Assembly: GCF_022539665.2 (NCBI RefSeq) | Contig: NC_081331.1 | Coordinates: 4,650,001 to 4,714,000 of the forward strand | Reading direction: 5' to 3' | DNA from: Daphnia carinata | Taxonomy: Eukaryota | DNA length: 64,000 nt | The notes under the pieces: generated by a model | Databases searched by the model: none | What the model was told of the DNA's origin: nothing | What the model saw: only the letters and a program-made list of their open reading frames with translations | In this document: positions 22,901 through 36,500 of the stretch, piece by piece | Layout: every line of letters begins with the position of its first letter | Position numbering within the stretch: position 1 is the first letter of the stretch | Program-made: the position numbers and the translations under genes

Positions 22901-25900
22901 TTGATTTTTTTTGCGTCGCTGTGTTATTGAGATTCGCTTGGAAACGTCTTTGAACTGTGCCCGTTCTCCGCACATATGAAACCATTTTTTGTTAAATAGC
23001 TCAGGTCTTCTAACCAAAAAACCTATTCCTCTTTTGGTATAATTCAATTGACAACACATTGATTTCTTTGCCCATCAAATCAACTTGAACGAATGCCTTT
23101 TTCTTTTCAATGTTTTCTGTTCTTTTAAAAAAAAATAATTTAGTTTCAGTCGAACGTTCTAACACACCCGTTTTTAGTATATGCTTTTTCCCCCCTCGTA
23201 CAAAGCGATGGCTCTAAGAAAGTCAAGGCCCTTCTCGACAGAAAACAACAAAAAAAAGTTGGAACTACACGCGGGCGCAGAAGGCCCGGAATAAAAAAAA
23301 AAAGTCAGGACGTACGCAAACAACAATAGAGACTTGATGAAGTATAGACGAGGCTCAGCAAAAAAAAGCTGCTCTTCTTCCTCCCGGCCACGATAATCAC
23401 AGAGGACAGTCACTGCAACGCATTTCCAAGAGCGACTATTTTTTTGTCTGCTTGTCCGTTATATTTCCATCTCCCATTTTTGTTTTTTCGTCGTTTGCTC
23501 GCTCAATAGGTTGTCGTTTTAAAGGTCTTTTTCTATTCCACCTATCCCATGAACTTGAGTCTTCCCCGCTGCGTAAAATGGCTCGCTGTCGTGGACGCTT
23601 TTTTCTCTACATCCTTCCTGCTTTACCCCTCACAAAGTCTGTGTTTATACCTTCAAAAAATGTGTGCATGATACGTCTTCAGGGCGCAATGAGCAAGGGC
23701 AATTATCTATTTTTCCAAGTATTAGGAGCTGCAGAAGAAATGTTGATATTATGGTGATGTGCTCGTCTTTTCATTTGAATTGAAAAAGGAAGAGAGGCAG
23801 CGTGAGATCGACGATGTAACTCTTCTCTTTTTTGTTTCTTACTCGTTTTTTTTTTTTTGGTAGTTCTGCAAGTTATGAGATTCTAGACGAAGAAGAAGAA
23901 AAGAAAGACCAAAAAATGGATACCCCCGACCTGCTAAGTCTCACCGCAACAGTTTCCATTTCCTGGATCTATTTTCCTTTTTTTCTTTTAGTTAAAGGTG
24001 TGCAAGCTACTGCTGTTTCATAAGCCATTAACTTGCTCACTAGTCCCTTCTTTTGTGTGTTTGGTTGGCTGGGGGAGGGAAAGGGGTTTCTCGATTTTCT
24101 CATATTTTTCTTTAGCTGCACACCGAGAAAAACAAAGTGGTAAGAGAACCCAGAGCAAGAGGAACAAGTGCACGCTACCGCCGTGTGGACTCTGTGATTT
24201 CCGGTCGTTTGACTTTGAAAAGGAACACACACACACACGAGAACAAGAGACCCCGACTGAGTTGCTCTAGTGTTCCACGACGATTGGTTAGACACAGTGG
24301 TCATCTTACGCATTCTTCCGAGTTCTTAAAAAAAAAAATGAAGAAACTCGGGATTGGCCAGTCCACTTGTGAGGCCTCCAGCCAAAAAGTTGGAACATCA
24401 TTGCCGAGCGTATCCGTTTCGCTCCATCATTCTTTGGGGTCTCTATCAAAATACGCGCATATAAGACTTTTTTTTCCATACATGTCGGGAGATGTTACCA
24501 AAAAGGAGAGACCTATTGAGAATGGCGTTATATTGAGTGGCATTCCGAGTAAGAGTTCTATTCTTTCTTATGTACCGATAAACGAAACAACTCGAAGACC
24601 TCCTCCGTTGTTTGGGGGTCTCTGCTGGTTGGTTCCTTTGCCCTGTGTGGGAAGCAAAAAAAAAAGAGGCACAGTCTATACCTTAACCCAGTCATAGTCG
24701 ACACTTTTTTCTGCCTCTCTTGTCTATTATATGCTGTGATCAAATATATGAAATAACATTTGAATGAAAAAAGAGGGTTCCAGTGGCCCTTTCTGATGAA
24801 TGAAAGTTGTGGTATCAGCACCATCTTTTCTTCCGGCAAAAGAGGCTTCATTGTGTTTTGTGCTGGCCCACAGTCATGATCCGCAGTACCTTCCATTCTC
24901 TGCCATGGAAAAATAAAATTCCATATTCCTTTTTTTTTTATTATTATTTAATATTTGATCTTCTTCATGCTATCGTTCGTCTTTTTTAAAACCTTAAAAA
25001 ACATAGAGGCATATGTGTGTCTGTGTGTGTGTACCCGAAAAAGGGCGCGACCGTGTGGTCGACCGTGCTGTCATGACAATTGCTGGCCTGGTCCCTGGAT
25101 GAAAAGGCCAATTGTTATCAGTGTAAACCTCCCCCCTTGGATGGCCATCGCCGTGGTGGGTTCGACGTCCATTATTATCATTGCGATGATGATTTTCCCT
25201 TTTTATTATTATTTATTTTCGACGTCGAAAAATGTCGAAGGAATGTGTCCTTTTTTTCCTTCACTATTTTTATCTTTTAAATCCCACACTCTCAGTATAC
25301 ACGTTTGAGAAAAAAAAAATATAGAAAAATTTATTATTACCTTGATCGATGATGGCGACTTACAAAATTGTGAAGCTGATGCCAATGACGTGACAAAATT
25401 TTCTGGGGGTACATCTCTTTTGATCAAAACTGTTATACAATACCAGAAATGGATATACCCTACAATAAAAACCCAGACCGCACACACGTTACAAATATCG
25501 TACATGTTCTACGGCCTCGATTTTAAACATTCCGTTCATTCCATTTTCTTCCACAACTCGTTTTTATTTATTTATTTTTTAGTCCCGAAAGAATTTAAAC
25601 TAATCTGGTTTTCCATTGGATGCGATACGAGTTGCAGAGAGTACGATGTTGTTCCAGTTAGTCAGCCACTAAATAAAGGGGACATGGAAGAGCTTTGAAT
25701 ATATAAGAAGGAAAATAGCCTAGGTGAGCGATTAGGCCAATGAGGCCTATTCAGAAAGCTTTCAAGAAAGTCAAAACAGATCAGCATAGACGTACAGTTA
25801 TGAGCTAAGAAATAGCCAACAAGGAGGGGGGAAAAAACTCTTCAGTTATCCTTAAAAAAAAGAGAGCTTCTTCAATTAGCATACATTCATGCTAGGTTTT

Positions 25901-27544
25901 GTGTGTGTATAAATATCCAGCCACTCGAGCTACTTATTTTCCAGTATACAACTTGTTACGGTTGACTGTCAAACGGTTGTGACTAGGGTGGTTCGTTCAT
26001 CCGTTGTCACAATCTGCGTGATAATTCTGTGACAGGTACAGCTCAAAATGTTTTGAATTCTCGCACAAGTAGCAATCGTTTCTGTCAATCGCTTTTATAA
26101 AATGGCCGTCTTCGTTATAACTGTGCGGATTATGTCACAAAAACAGATGGCAATGATAGGACAAATAGGTAAAGTTAAATAGAATTAACGCAGCGCACAG
26201 TGCATCAGCCATACAACTATGACTGTGAATGATTATTTATATACTGCACTTGACATGTAGATACTCCACTATTTAATGTGACGTGTGAGACCTCAAGAAT
26301 GATTACCCTCGGAGGTCCTTTTGACACAACCTGGCTCCTACAGGCTAGTAGGTCTGATGAGGCCATTTGTCCTGCCTTGGTGATCCGGTGCGGATCAGGA
26401 CTCGTTTCCTTTTTTTGTCGTCACGCTCCAACACCATATTGCCTTTACATCCTTTGTGTAAAGCCAACAAATACAATCATAATAAAGTCGAAATTTTTAC
26501 GTTTTTTGCTCTATACGTGGAGGATTGATTGTTCTTCTTGGCGGCGCCATTAAAAGTTCAAAAATAATAAAGAAACAAAACAAAAGAAAATTAAAGAAAG
26601 ACAAACATTGAAGCTCGCGCCCGACCCTTGCGTCCCTTCGTCATAAAGTGTTTGAAAACAAACGGACGTGTTTTTTTTTTTTTTTTACCTGGGCTCTATT
26701 TCTTTTGATGGTCAAGTTTGTGTGTGGTGTGTTTGATGGCTTTATTTATACGCGGAGGGCATTTGTGTATAATATTTCAGGCGGCGTATAGTCATTGCCT
26801 GCGCTTATGGATAATTGCATCTCAGCAGCAGTTGGACGTTGTTTTTATTTTCACACCTCGCGATCCATTTCCGCAGCCTTTTGTTATTACTCAAAAAGAA
26901 GAGGGAAGAAATTATATTTCTATAACAATAACCGAAGGTGCACGTCTATTTGCTGAGGCTCCATACTTCCCTGGGACTACCTGCTGCCCGTTTTCTTCAA
27001 TCCGGCAAATGTCCAACTGGCGAAGAGAAACAACTTTCCAGTCAAACTTCAGTTCACACAAAGAGGAGCGTATGATTTGCGATAGCGACCAACGTGAAAA
27101 TCAGCGAAATGTGTAGCAAAACTCAACGAAAGTTCCCACACGAAGGAGTCGATTCACTGATCTTCCCTTTTTTTTTTTTTTTGGAACAATTTCATGTCTC
27201 CTGTCAAGTGGATTTGTTCTCACGACCTCGATTCAACGCGTCTATCGTCCATTTAGATTTTTTTTCATACAATCATTCTCCCCCATACTTTTTGAGCGTG
27301 CGCTTCTATCCGACTGCGGTCGTTTTGCGTAGTAGTCGATGCGGTTCGATTCATCTGTTCAAATAATCCAATGATGACGGCAAATGACGTCATAATCGTC
27401 GAGTTAACGCCGTCAGACTGCGCACTCCCCTCTATTACTCCTACTCGTCACATAGAGATGAATTAGAGAGGGGAGTTGGATCCTCTCCTTTTTTTTTTTT
27501 CCTTTTTCTTGTAGTATTACATCTAGGACTATAGAATTGAAACA

Positions 27545-27570
27545 TGGGGGGGGGGGGGGGGGGGGGGGGG
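27545..27570 (+). repeat. Poly-G tract (~26 nt)
   Basis: Direct observation; a second ~20 nt G tract lies at 32211-32230. Confidence 0.9.
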
Positions 27571-30500
27571 AGGAGCGTAGGGTCGTTCACGTGCCGGGCA
27601 CAAGACCAACATTTCCCAGTAACATTTTCTTCAGTTGCAAAAGTTATTGAAGAAGAAGGGAAAAAAAAGTACGTGCACGACGATGATGATGGGGGCCTGA
27701 TTCATCGGAGGCCGATGATTACCGATTTTTTCCGCATGTTGAGCATTATCGGAAAAAAACGGTGTAGTTATTCTTGTTACATTCGCCCTACGAAATTCGA
27801 ATTTTGCCCTCGGTTCTCACAGACGAGATTGTAATGTGAATTAACCTGTGCAAACAAGAATGAGAACAAGCGCAGGTGACTCTCATTTTCTTAAATAAAA
27901 AAAAAATAGTTAAAAATGAATTTAAACGTTCTGAGAAAACAAGTGATCAACTGATTATTCTTTACCAGTTTTTGATTCTCTTCGTGTCAACCCGTTGCCT
28001 TCCATCCTCCTTTTACTTTGACTCTCTCTCTCTCCACTTTTATTTTCCATCGTCTCACGATGATTGCGATTATTCCTTTCATGTACATTCAAAGTCCCCA
28101 CCCTTTTTTGGCGTGAATTCATCGAAGAGCTGATGAGCTCACGACCAGACTCCCAATTATTGGAAGTCAAACTGCCATTGTTCCCTTAAAAAAAAATATT
28201 TTTTTTTCTGGTTATATGTACGCCATAACAATATAATAATACACATGTAGACAACGCACACAAGCAACAAAAGAGGGCTGGATGAGAGACGGCCACAGCC
28301 GGAAAAAAAGGGCAAGATTTCTATAGAGAGAGAGGGCGGTTCCAAGTCTGCTCTGCCCAGTCGCTGCCGGCCGACCTGCGCAGTCGAGAGGCAATAACGC
28401 GATCACGTTCCACGTTTTTTTCTTTCTTATTCACTCGGCCCAATCGAGTTAGAGACGGCGTACCGTGTATGTACACAGTACACAAAGCCCTTGACGTGCC
28501 CTGACTGCATATTCGAAAGGAAAAAAAAAAGACAAACAGACTCCACGCAGAGAGGGAAAGAAAAAGGCGAAATATTTTGCAGGCATCTCTTAGTTTGGTT
28601 ATTTCGTGTCCTTTTTTAGTTAGACACGTAGACAAGGCTCCCCGACTTTTTGATGACTGTGAAAAGAGCTCAACCACACAAAAGAGGAAATAAGAAAAGT
28701 TAGTTTTTCTTCTTCTTTTTTAGTCGTGCGAAGAAAAAATCGCTATACACAATCGATTATTGTTTCCCTTTTTTTTTCTCACAGACTTTCTTTCTCGACA
28801 AGGATTTTCTTGAAGTGGTTTTTTTAGAGAAGGAAGGGGAGGCATCAAGAAATAAGGTTTTCTCTTATAGACTTTGCCTCGTTTCGTTTGTCCCTTGTAT
28901 CGATTCCAATAGATATGCCAATAAAAATCTAGTGAAATACAACAATACACTCTCGTCTAACATACGACACTTCTTTTGCACTCGTCAATGAATTAGTCAA
29001 CAGAAAAATAAAAGGTATGGAACAAGTTGAAGGACTTGTTTGGGGCGGGAGGAACATGAGTCGCACGCCGTTTAACAGCGCGGAATGGAGTGACTTAAAA
29101 TCTGAGAGAAAAAAAAAAGGGCAGTTGTAGTGGATAGAAAAAGGACGACGATCCGCAAAAGGATTTGTTTTTGCCGTGTTTTTATATTGAGAAAAAAAAA
29201 ATAAATTAAAAAAAATATTTTTGGTACAGTAGAAGGGATGTTGTCGTTTTCATTCAAACCTAATAACAGAAATAAATCAGATGCATTTTCTTTTTGTAGC
29301 AAACAACTCACGATGCTGCGTTTAAAAGATCAAAGACATTCTTTTTCTCTCCATTTTCCACAGTGCATACCTTGTTGCATTCCACAGCAGCAATAGCGTA
29401 CCCTGGACACTTCTCGTTCTTTGTGCGTGTGTGTGAAGTGATCAAAGAAAAAAATGTTGTCCACCGTGTGTTTCTTTATGGTGGATATTCATTTTCCCGT
29501 GTAGCTCCTTATACGCAATCCACGGCGAAGATTCACGGCCTATCATTATCATAAATATTTTGGTCTCTTCCTTAAAAGTTTCTTCATATTCTCAGCAGAC
29601 TTTATTGGCGTATCTAAAGAGCTGCAAAGTTCATTTTTGTTTGACTATTCTTTCTTAGATACTCGAGTTCAAAGTTGGAACTACAGACAAAGACTTGTAA
29701 GCTACACACGTTCTGCATAGCCCCGACTAGAATCCATCACTGGTACAAACTACATTGCCCCGATAGGATGTCTTACATCAACCGCAAACACCCAAAATAA
29801 TAAGAAAACAGGTATATGATGCACTATTCTTAAAACAAGAAATACAAAAAATAGTTATTATTGCTAACGGGATATGTGGCAACTCTATGAAGACGCTCGA
29901 AATCGAAAGAGAAAAAGAAGATCTACACGGCCACCATCCGTTATGTGTACACACAACTATGGTAAACCGCTGCGGATTGGTGAAAAGGAAAATACAGTCG
30001 AGGGTAAATGAATTATTGCTTAGAGTCGAATGAAAAGGATACACCGAAAAAAAAAAATTTCTTTTTCTTCGATTTTACGACCGAATATTTAGAAAGAGAG
30101 ACGTTGTGTCTAAAATGCCAAACGTTTTTTTTTTTCTTGCTGCGACTCTTCAAACTCTTGGCCAGGACCATATGGAGAACAAAATAATTCAAGGGACCTT
30201 TTTTTAAAAAAATTCTCCAGCTCCGTTCAGAAGGGAATGAAATATGTACCGTGTAGGAGGTTTCACACACCGGGAAAAAAAAAAAAAAAAAAAAAACTTT
30301 GAAAAGCCCATCAAGTTCTTTGCTGGGTGTAATAAGAAATGAAGAAGCGACCGTGAAAATGGGACGACAACGGGGGGAATATGAAAAATATGCCGCCTCT
30401 TTTGCGTGTGTGTGTGTGTGTGTATTACATAAATACCTTTTTCATTGATGGACCGCGCTTTAGTCGGCACACGTTAACTATTTAACGCGTATATACGAGC

Positions 30501-33500
30501 CCCCATTATTTTTGTTGGGTTGTAAGAATTTTCTCTCCGCAATGCATTCCATTTTGTACGATTTTTCATCTTTTCAGTTGTTGTTGAAATGATAAATAAT
30601 AGGTGTGTAGTTGTTAGAGATGATGAAACGTGTCCGATACGTTATCTACTCACCTCCCGTCTCCCAAAGAGTCTGGGGAAATTGCTGGGACCGGCCCGTT
30701 ATGGAAAACAATCAGCGCATCTTTCCAGGAAAAAGAAGTTTGGTGATCGGCGCAGAATTGGGCCTGTCTACAATTCTTCTGTCGTATCTTGTTCAGTTGG
30801 AAATGAACGGGCAAAAAAGAATGGAATTTTTCACCTGTCAATGGCCGTGTGTCTCTTGTTACTAGGAGACATGGACAGTCGTGTAAAATGTACAACATCA
30901 CGGCGGTAAATTGCCGGGTAGTTCGTTTTGATGGAGGGTAAGATAAGCCTTAAAGGGGCGTATATCAGTAAGAATGCGTGTATGAGGTAGAATAGCGATG
31001 GTATACCTGTAACGCGTGCGACTATTTAAATACGATGGACAACAAATAAACACGGTCCGCTTTTGGAAGGGAAACAGTGTGGGAGGAGTCATAGCTGTTC
31101 AATTTCCTGGAAATGTAACAGCCAACTACAATGTAATGCAGTTCTTCTTAACTATTTTCTTCTGTTATTTACCTTTTTTTTTCTTTTAAACATTTATTTT
31201 CGAATGTGTATTTTTCAGGGATCCTGGTGAATTCAATGAACGAAAGTTTTCTTTCGATTTTCGTTAAACCTTTTTATTTTCCCCCATTATCAAACTCTTG
31301 AAAAACTGGTCTAATTATTAGACAGCTTCTGGTATATAGCCCGAAAGAGTTTTCATTTTATTTCGTGGGCTAACACCTATATCGAACGGTAGTTTTTCAA
31401 AATGGAAGATCGCTTATCTCTTCTGGACATTCACGACTTTTTACGGAATTGTGAGGGCCCTTCTCTATTATTTTGTTCGTTTTCACATTTGAAAAGAGAT
31501 TGAATCTCATGGTCGATATCCCACAACAATAACAACAACAACGCACTCTTCCAATGAAGAAGAAAAAAACAAATCTGAATCAAATGTTCAAACTTTGTTA
31601 TGTAAGAAGAATTTCTTTTCTTTGCCCTGTTGAAAGAGAGAGTTGACTCGGTTCGGGGGAAGAGGACACGAACGTGGGCCGTTCTTCCAACTGATCCGTG
31701 AAATTTCTTTGACACGAAAAAAAAAAAAATGCTTGAAATATGTGTTAAGCATTTCTCTTGTTATTATTATCACCCCCCTGAAAAAAAGGACTACGTCCAA
31801 CACATTTCGAGAATTTCCACCCTCTTGCCAACCCCTTTTGACGGGAAAAAATAATAAAAGAATATGATAAATATAATAATAATAAAAAGGGAAAAGAAAA
31901 GAAGTACGAGGAGGCTTTCACACCTGTGCGCCCAGTTCAGATAGCCATCGGAGCTTCCATCGTAGTCCACCCCGCTGGTGTTGCTGCTGGGAAGCAAAAA
32001 AAATTTTATTTTATTTCATTTTTAAAGAAAAAAAAATATATCTCAAGAAGAAGTCATAGGAGGATAAGCTACAGGGGGTTTTCTTTTCCCCCTCCAACCC
32101 CCTGCACAAGTTGAGCCAGGAGAATTTTTTTCTTCCTGGCTGTGGAAATGTAAGATACAAACGCGTTAAATGTCCGCAACCATCGAAGGCCGTTTTAAGT
32201 GTAGGAGGCAGGGGGGGGGGGGGGGGGGGGGAGCAAAGATAAGCATCAACCGACTCGGTGTAGGGATAAAACCCCGGTGCGTTTCATCCAGCCCAAAGAG
32301 TGGTAGTTTGCGCCCCGACCTTCAGCTACCCATTTTTTTTTATTAAAGGGAGATAAACGTAAAGTAATGGGCTACGTGTGTTATATACTATCAATATGAG
32401 CCGTTTTTCATTCAATTTGATGCTACTATTTTTGAAATGAATCATACTTTTTACATCGATTCGAAGTATATTACGTTTATTCATCGACACGGTTTTTTTT
32501 TGAATATTTTTTTTCGGTTTTTGAGGTTTGAACTGAAGCGGGAAAGGAAGTGTGGAGAACAACGCAATTAGAACACGCGGGATAATAATAAAAACAAATT
32601 GTCTTTTTTTTTTTTGCTGTAGTGGTGAGGCTGTGATCGTTGGGGGGTGATCAGTGCTCTGTCAATTTTATGTAATATGTACAAGTAATAGATAATATTC
32701 TGTTATCATTTATAATAAGAATTTTTTTTGTTTGTTTTTCTTAGACGTGTTATACAAGAAATGTCTACAATAGTTTGTGGGGAAGGAGCGCACATCATAG
32801 GGCTGAAAATACGTGTGTTATCATTATATTTATAGTATGTAGCACGAGAGTGGGAATGAAAATGAAGCAGACAAGAGTTTAGTTAACCACTGTTATTACA
32901 TAATAAAAACTAAAACATTTCTTTTTATAATTTTTACTATTCAAATTAACCGGAATGTGTTAGTCTGTTTTCTTTTAACAACAATAACAACGCGTCATTG
33001 TTATTGTTTACCTCTCGTACTCGCACAATTTTAATTCTATTCTGTTTTCTTCTTTTCTCGAAATCCATTAAAAAGTATGTACAGAAAAGCGGGTAAAGGT
33101 TAAAGCTCATTCTCGTTAACATTTCTTTTTCCGTATCCCTTCAGACAGAAAAACAACAACAACATTGTCAATGAAATCAGCGTTAGATTATAGTTTTCTA
33201 TCACTTCAATAGCAAAAAAAAAAAAAAAAAGGAAATGTAAGAGACACGTGTTTTCATTAGAGAAAAAAAAATTGGAGAAGCATCTGGAATTAAGAAAATC
33301 GGAATAAACGGGAGACACACTCATTGTGCGTGAGCGGCAGCAGGACTAGAACCCTGACGATGAAAATCAGACGATGGAAATGAATCACGCGCAGCAGTGT
33401 ACGTATGACTCGAATAAACAGACGATTTTCTTGTTGTTTGTTTGCGGCAGGTAGATTATTTTTCTGTACAGTGTTTTACACTTTTGTGCACTCGCACCTT

Positions 33501-33557
33501 TTTAACGTCGTGCAATGATTGTCCAGTTGGCGAAGCAGCCCCTGGATGAGGAAGGAT

Positions 33558-36500
33558 TCACAAATCACCGCGGACCGATCTCATCATTGCGTCGCTCGAT
33601 GAAGATTCGCCACTATCTTTAAAAAGCAAAATGAAAAAAAGGATAAATAAATCATCACGCAAGACTTGGGTATAGCATTTCACGAACGAATACGTCGGGT
33701 GGTTCGTGAAAACCCCTCGAGAAAAAAAAATACAAGAAATAAAAAAGAGTTGATGGAAAAATTTCTCACCAGGTGTTTGCATAGTGTACGAGTAGAGCAG
33801 GTGCAGACTGTAGCCGGCCTGTTCGGAAGAGTCCATCCGTTTGATACCGTTGCCGGGATTATTCTCCAGTTCGGTTGGCAATGAAACCGGTTGTTGACCA
33901 TTGCCTAGTTTAAAATTAAACAAAAAACAAGCAAAAATTCCCGTAAATCTTTTGTTTTGCGTATGTGACAACGTTCAGTTCAAATATGACATTTTACACG
34001 TTGCGTGAAGAAAAAAAGATTTATCGATTATTGTATAAAGAGAAAAAACGACTGGATCGATTAATGAAATGATCCACAGTCCACTGGAGTTAATTCTCTT
34101 ACACCTCCCACGAGTCTTTTCTTTCGTGTTTCATCCCCTCACGATGAACCGTCCTCCTTCATTACACGTTCCTTGCTCAACTTCCATCGTATCGTTCAAC
34201 GTGAGCGGAATAACTCGATAACGATACGTCAGCATCCATGACAAAGACGACAAAAACAAATGCATCCTTTTTTTTAATACCTGGGTTATTGCGACGTCCT
34301 CCTTTGTTGACTGGGTTTCCATTGTTGTTGTTGTTATGGTTGGTGTTGTTGATATTGTTGTTGTTGTTGTGACCGTTCGATCCGGAACTAGTGGAAGTGC
34401 TGAGGTGTTTCTTGTGCCGCGCTCTCATGTTCTGGAACCACACCTGAGTCACCCTTTTGGAGAGGCCCGTTAGGTTGGCGATGCGTTCCAGGTCTTGGCC
34501 GTCCGGATTCGAGTCCAGTAAAAAATTGGCCTGAAGGACGTGAAGCTGCTCCTCGGTGAAAGTGGTCCGCACTCGTTTCGATTTCGATCGTCCGCCTCCT
34601 TCCGGATCCGTTTCTAAAATTAACGGAAAAAATTGATAAGCCAACATGTTAAAACTAGAATGACTCATTTCTATAGAGTAGGGTCTTTATTATCTGCGAG
34701 ATGATTCAATTAAAGGGCTGACTCGTTTCCCTATGGATATTTTGGGGGGATTTCGTATGTGCCCTCTCTTTCGTTGCCATTCCCAAATAAAGAATGCTGG
34801 CCTTCAAAAGGGTCTTTCTGTATAGTACTAGATGTAATTCACATAATGGCCTTCCAAGAGGTTGCCGGCTCTTTATACTTTCATGTGAAAAGATTTGACC
34901 AGCCGCTTGGTCCTGCTTTTTTTTTCTCGTTCTGGACGTAGCTGCCCGAGCTGGGGCATAACAAACGGGCGGCGATTCATCAAGATGACACACGGTCACA
35001 GGTCCACGGTTTTTTTCTTCTCTCCTCCTTTACCACTGCACATACAAGAAAGGAAACAACAAGTCCATCCTTTCTATTCCGTTGAAAACGTAAAGTTCCT
35101 CTTTTTTTTTTTGTGTGTCAAATTTCAAAATCGGAGTTTTTCGAAAAATGTTTTATTTTTCTTCTTTTATATTCACCGTTTGTGTGACACATAAACAAGA
35201 TCCAACGCCCCGTTACGAATAAACGCGGGCAGTGGGGGGTTGTGAATCTTCAAGTTAACATGTTCCTTTTTCTTAGGTAAAAAGAAAAACTGGGGGACGT
35301 TTAATGTGTTGGTGCTGATGGCGACTTGACCAATCCGTCAGTTTTAGTTGCCTAGCGGTTTTTTCTTCGTCACATTCAAAATGCCTGAAAGAATGTTTCG
35401 GATGCATAAAAGCCCCCAACAACCCCTCGATCTCGTTTTAATGGGTCACTTGCTATTCTTATTACAAGGATTCATGACGCCATTACGTGTCGTATAAAGC
35501 ACATCCATCGTTAAGAATTCGTATGGGTTACGTCTTGCTCGAATTACAAAAAGTTTTGAAATCTATTGCAACATTTTCATTTAATCTGTTAAGGTGAGAA
35601 ATGACTTAACAAATTTCCATGGGTTGTCTTATTAAATCGATTGATATCTAACGTGTCTCTCTGCAAACATTTGGATATCGTTATTGATGGGAATAAAAAA
35701 GTTTGATGGCTCTTGGTGTGAGATTAATGACGTGTGCACAAAGCAGTTTAGAAGGCCACGAACATAATCAAAAAAGAGCAAGGTCTTCTTTTTTTTTTGT
35801 CCCTAGTTGTGGCCTAGAATTTGAAAGAGTCATCATGGCGGAAATCAAGTGTCTTCGAGAAATCGATTTCCCTCTTTACGGAGGACTCCGTTGATCAGCT
35901 CAACACCATCCTCACGATCCCAATCAGTATAGTTTTGTCTGTCAATTTTCGAATACACGACGCCAGACAAACGAAACGTGATGAATCATTGGCTGTAATT
36001 CAATGTAAGATAAAAATGACCAACCCCACCTTGAAAAAAAAAAGGGTTCTAAACTAATAGTGCGTTCATTTAGTCTTCGTAGAGGCCTTGTTGATCTTCA
36101 AGTATGTGTTTCGAACAATCGCATTCCGATCGCCACTTTACCCACGCTATTCTATGACGAAGGTGTGGGAAGAAGGTAAACATTTTTGTTTTCAAAAAAG
36201 AAAAAAAAAATCGAAACATACAATAGTGTGCTTTATATTTAGAAGCTATACGATCGGAAGCTGACGTTAAAAAAACGTAGACTATGTCTATAGAAGCGTG
36301 AAACGTTTTCTCACGGTTCACTTTCCCCCGCCGAACGAGTTCAGTTGTGTGATGCAGAAGAGCGAGAAAAAAATCCATTGACGTCACATTCTGCAAAGCA
36401 CATTGTTTTTTTTTTTTTCTTGATTTGTTTAAGGCCAAATGTTTACATGTTCCACAAGGAAGTTGTTTTCTTTTTAACGTCAAGTTATTAATCCAGCACT

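Noticed and set aside
24137..24697. 186 aa ORF and other 60-160 aa ORFs between 14 and 33 kb
   Set aside because: Low-complexity F/K-rich translations from A/T runs, often non-ATG starts, no domains and no consistent exon chains.
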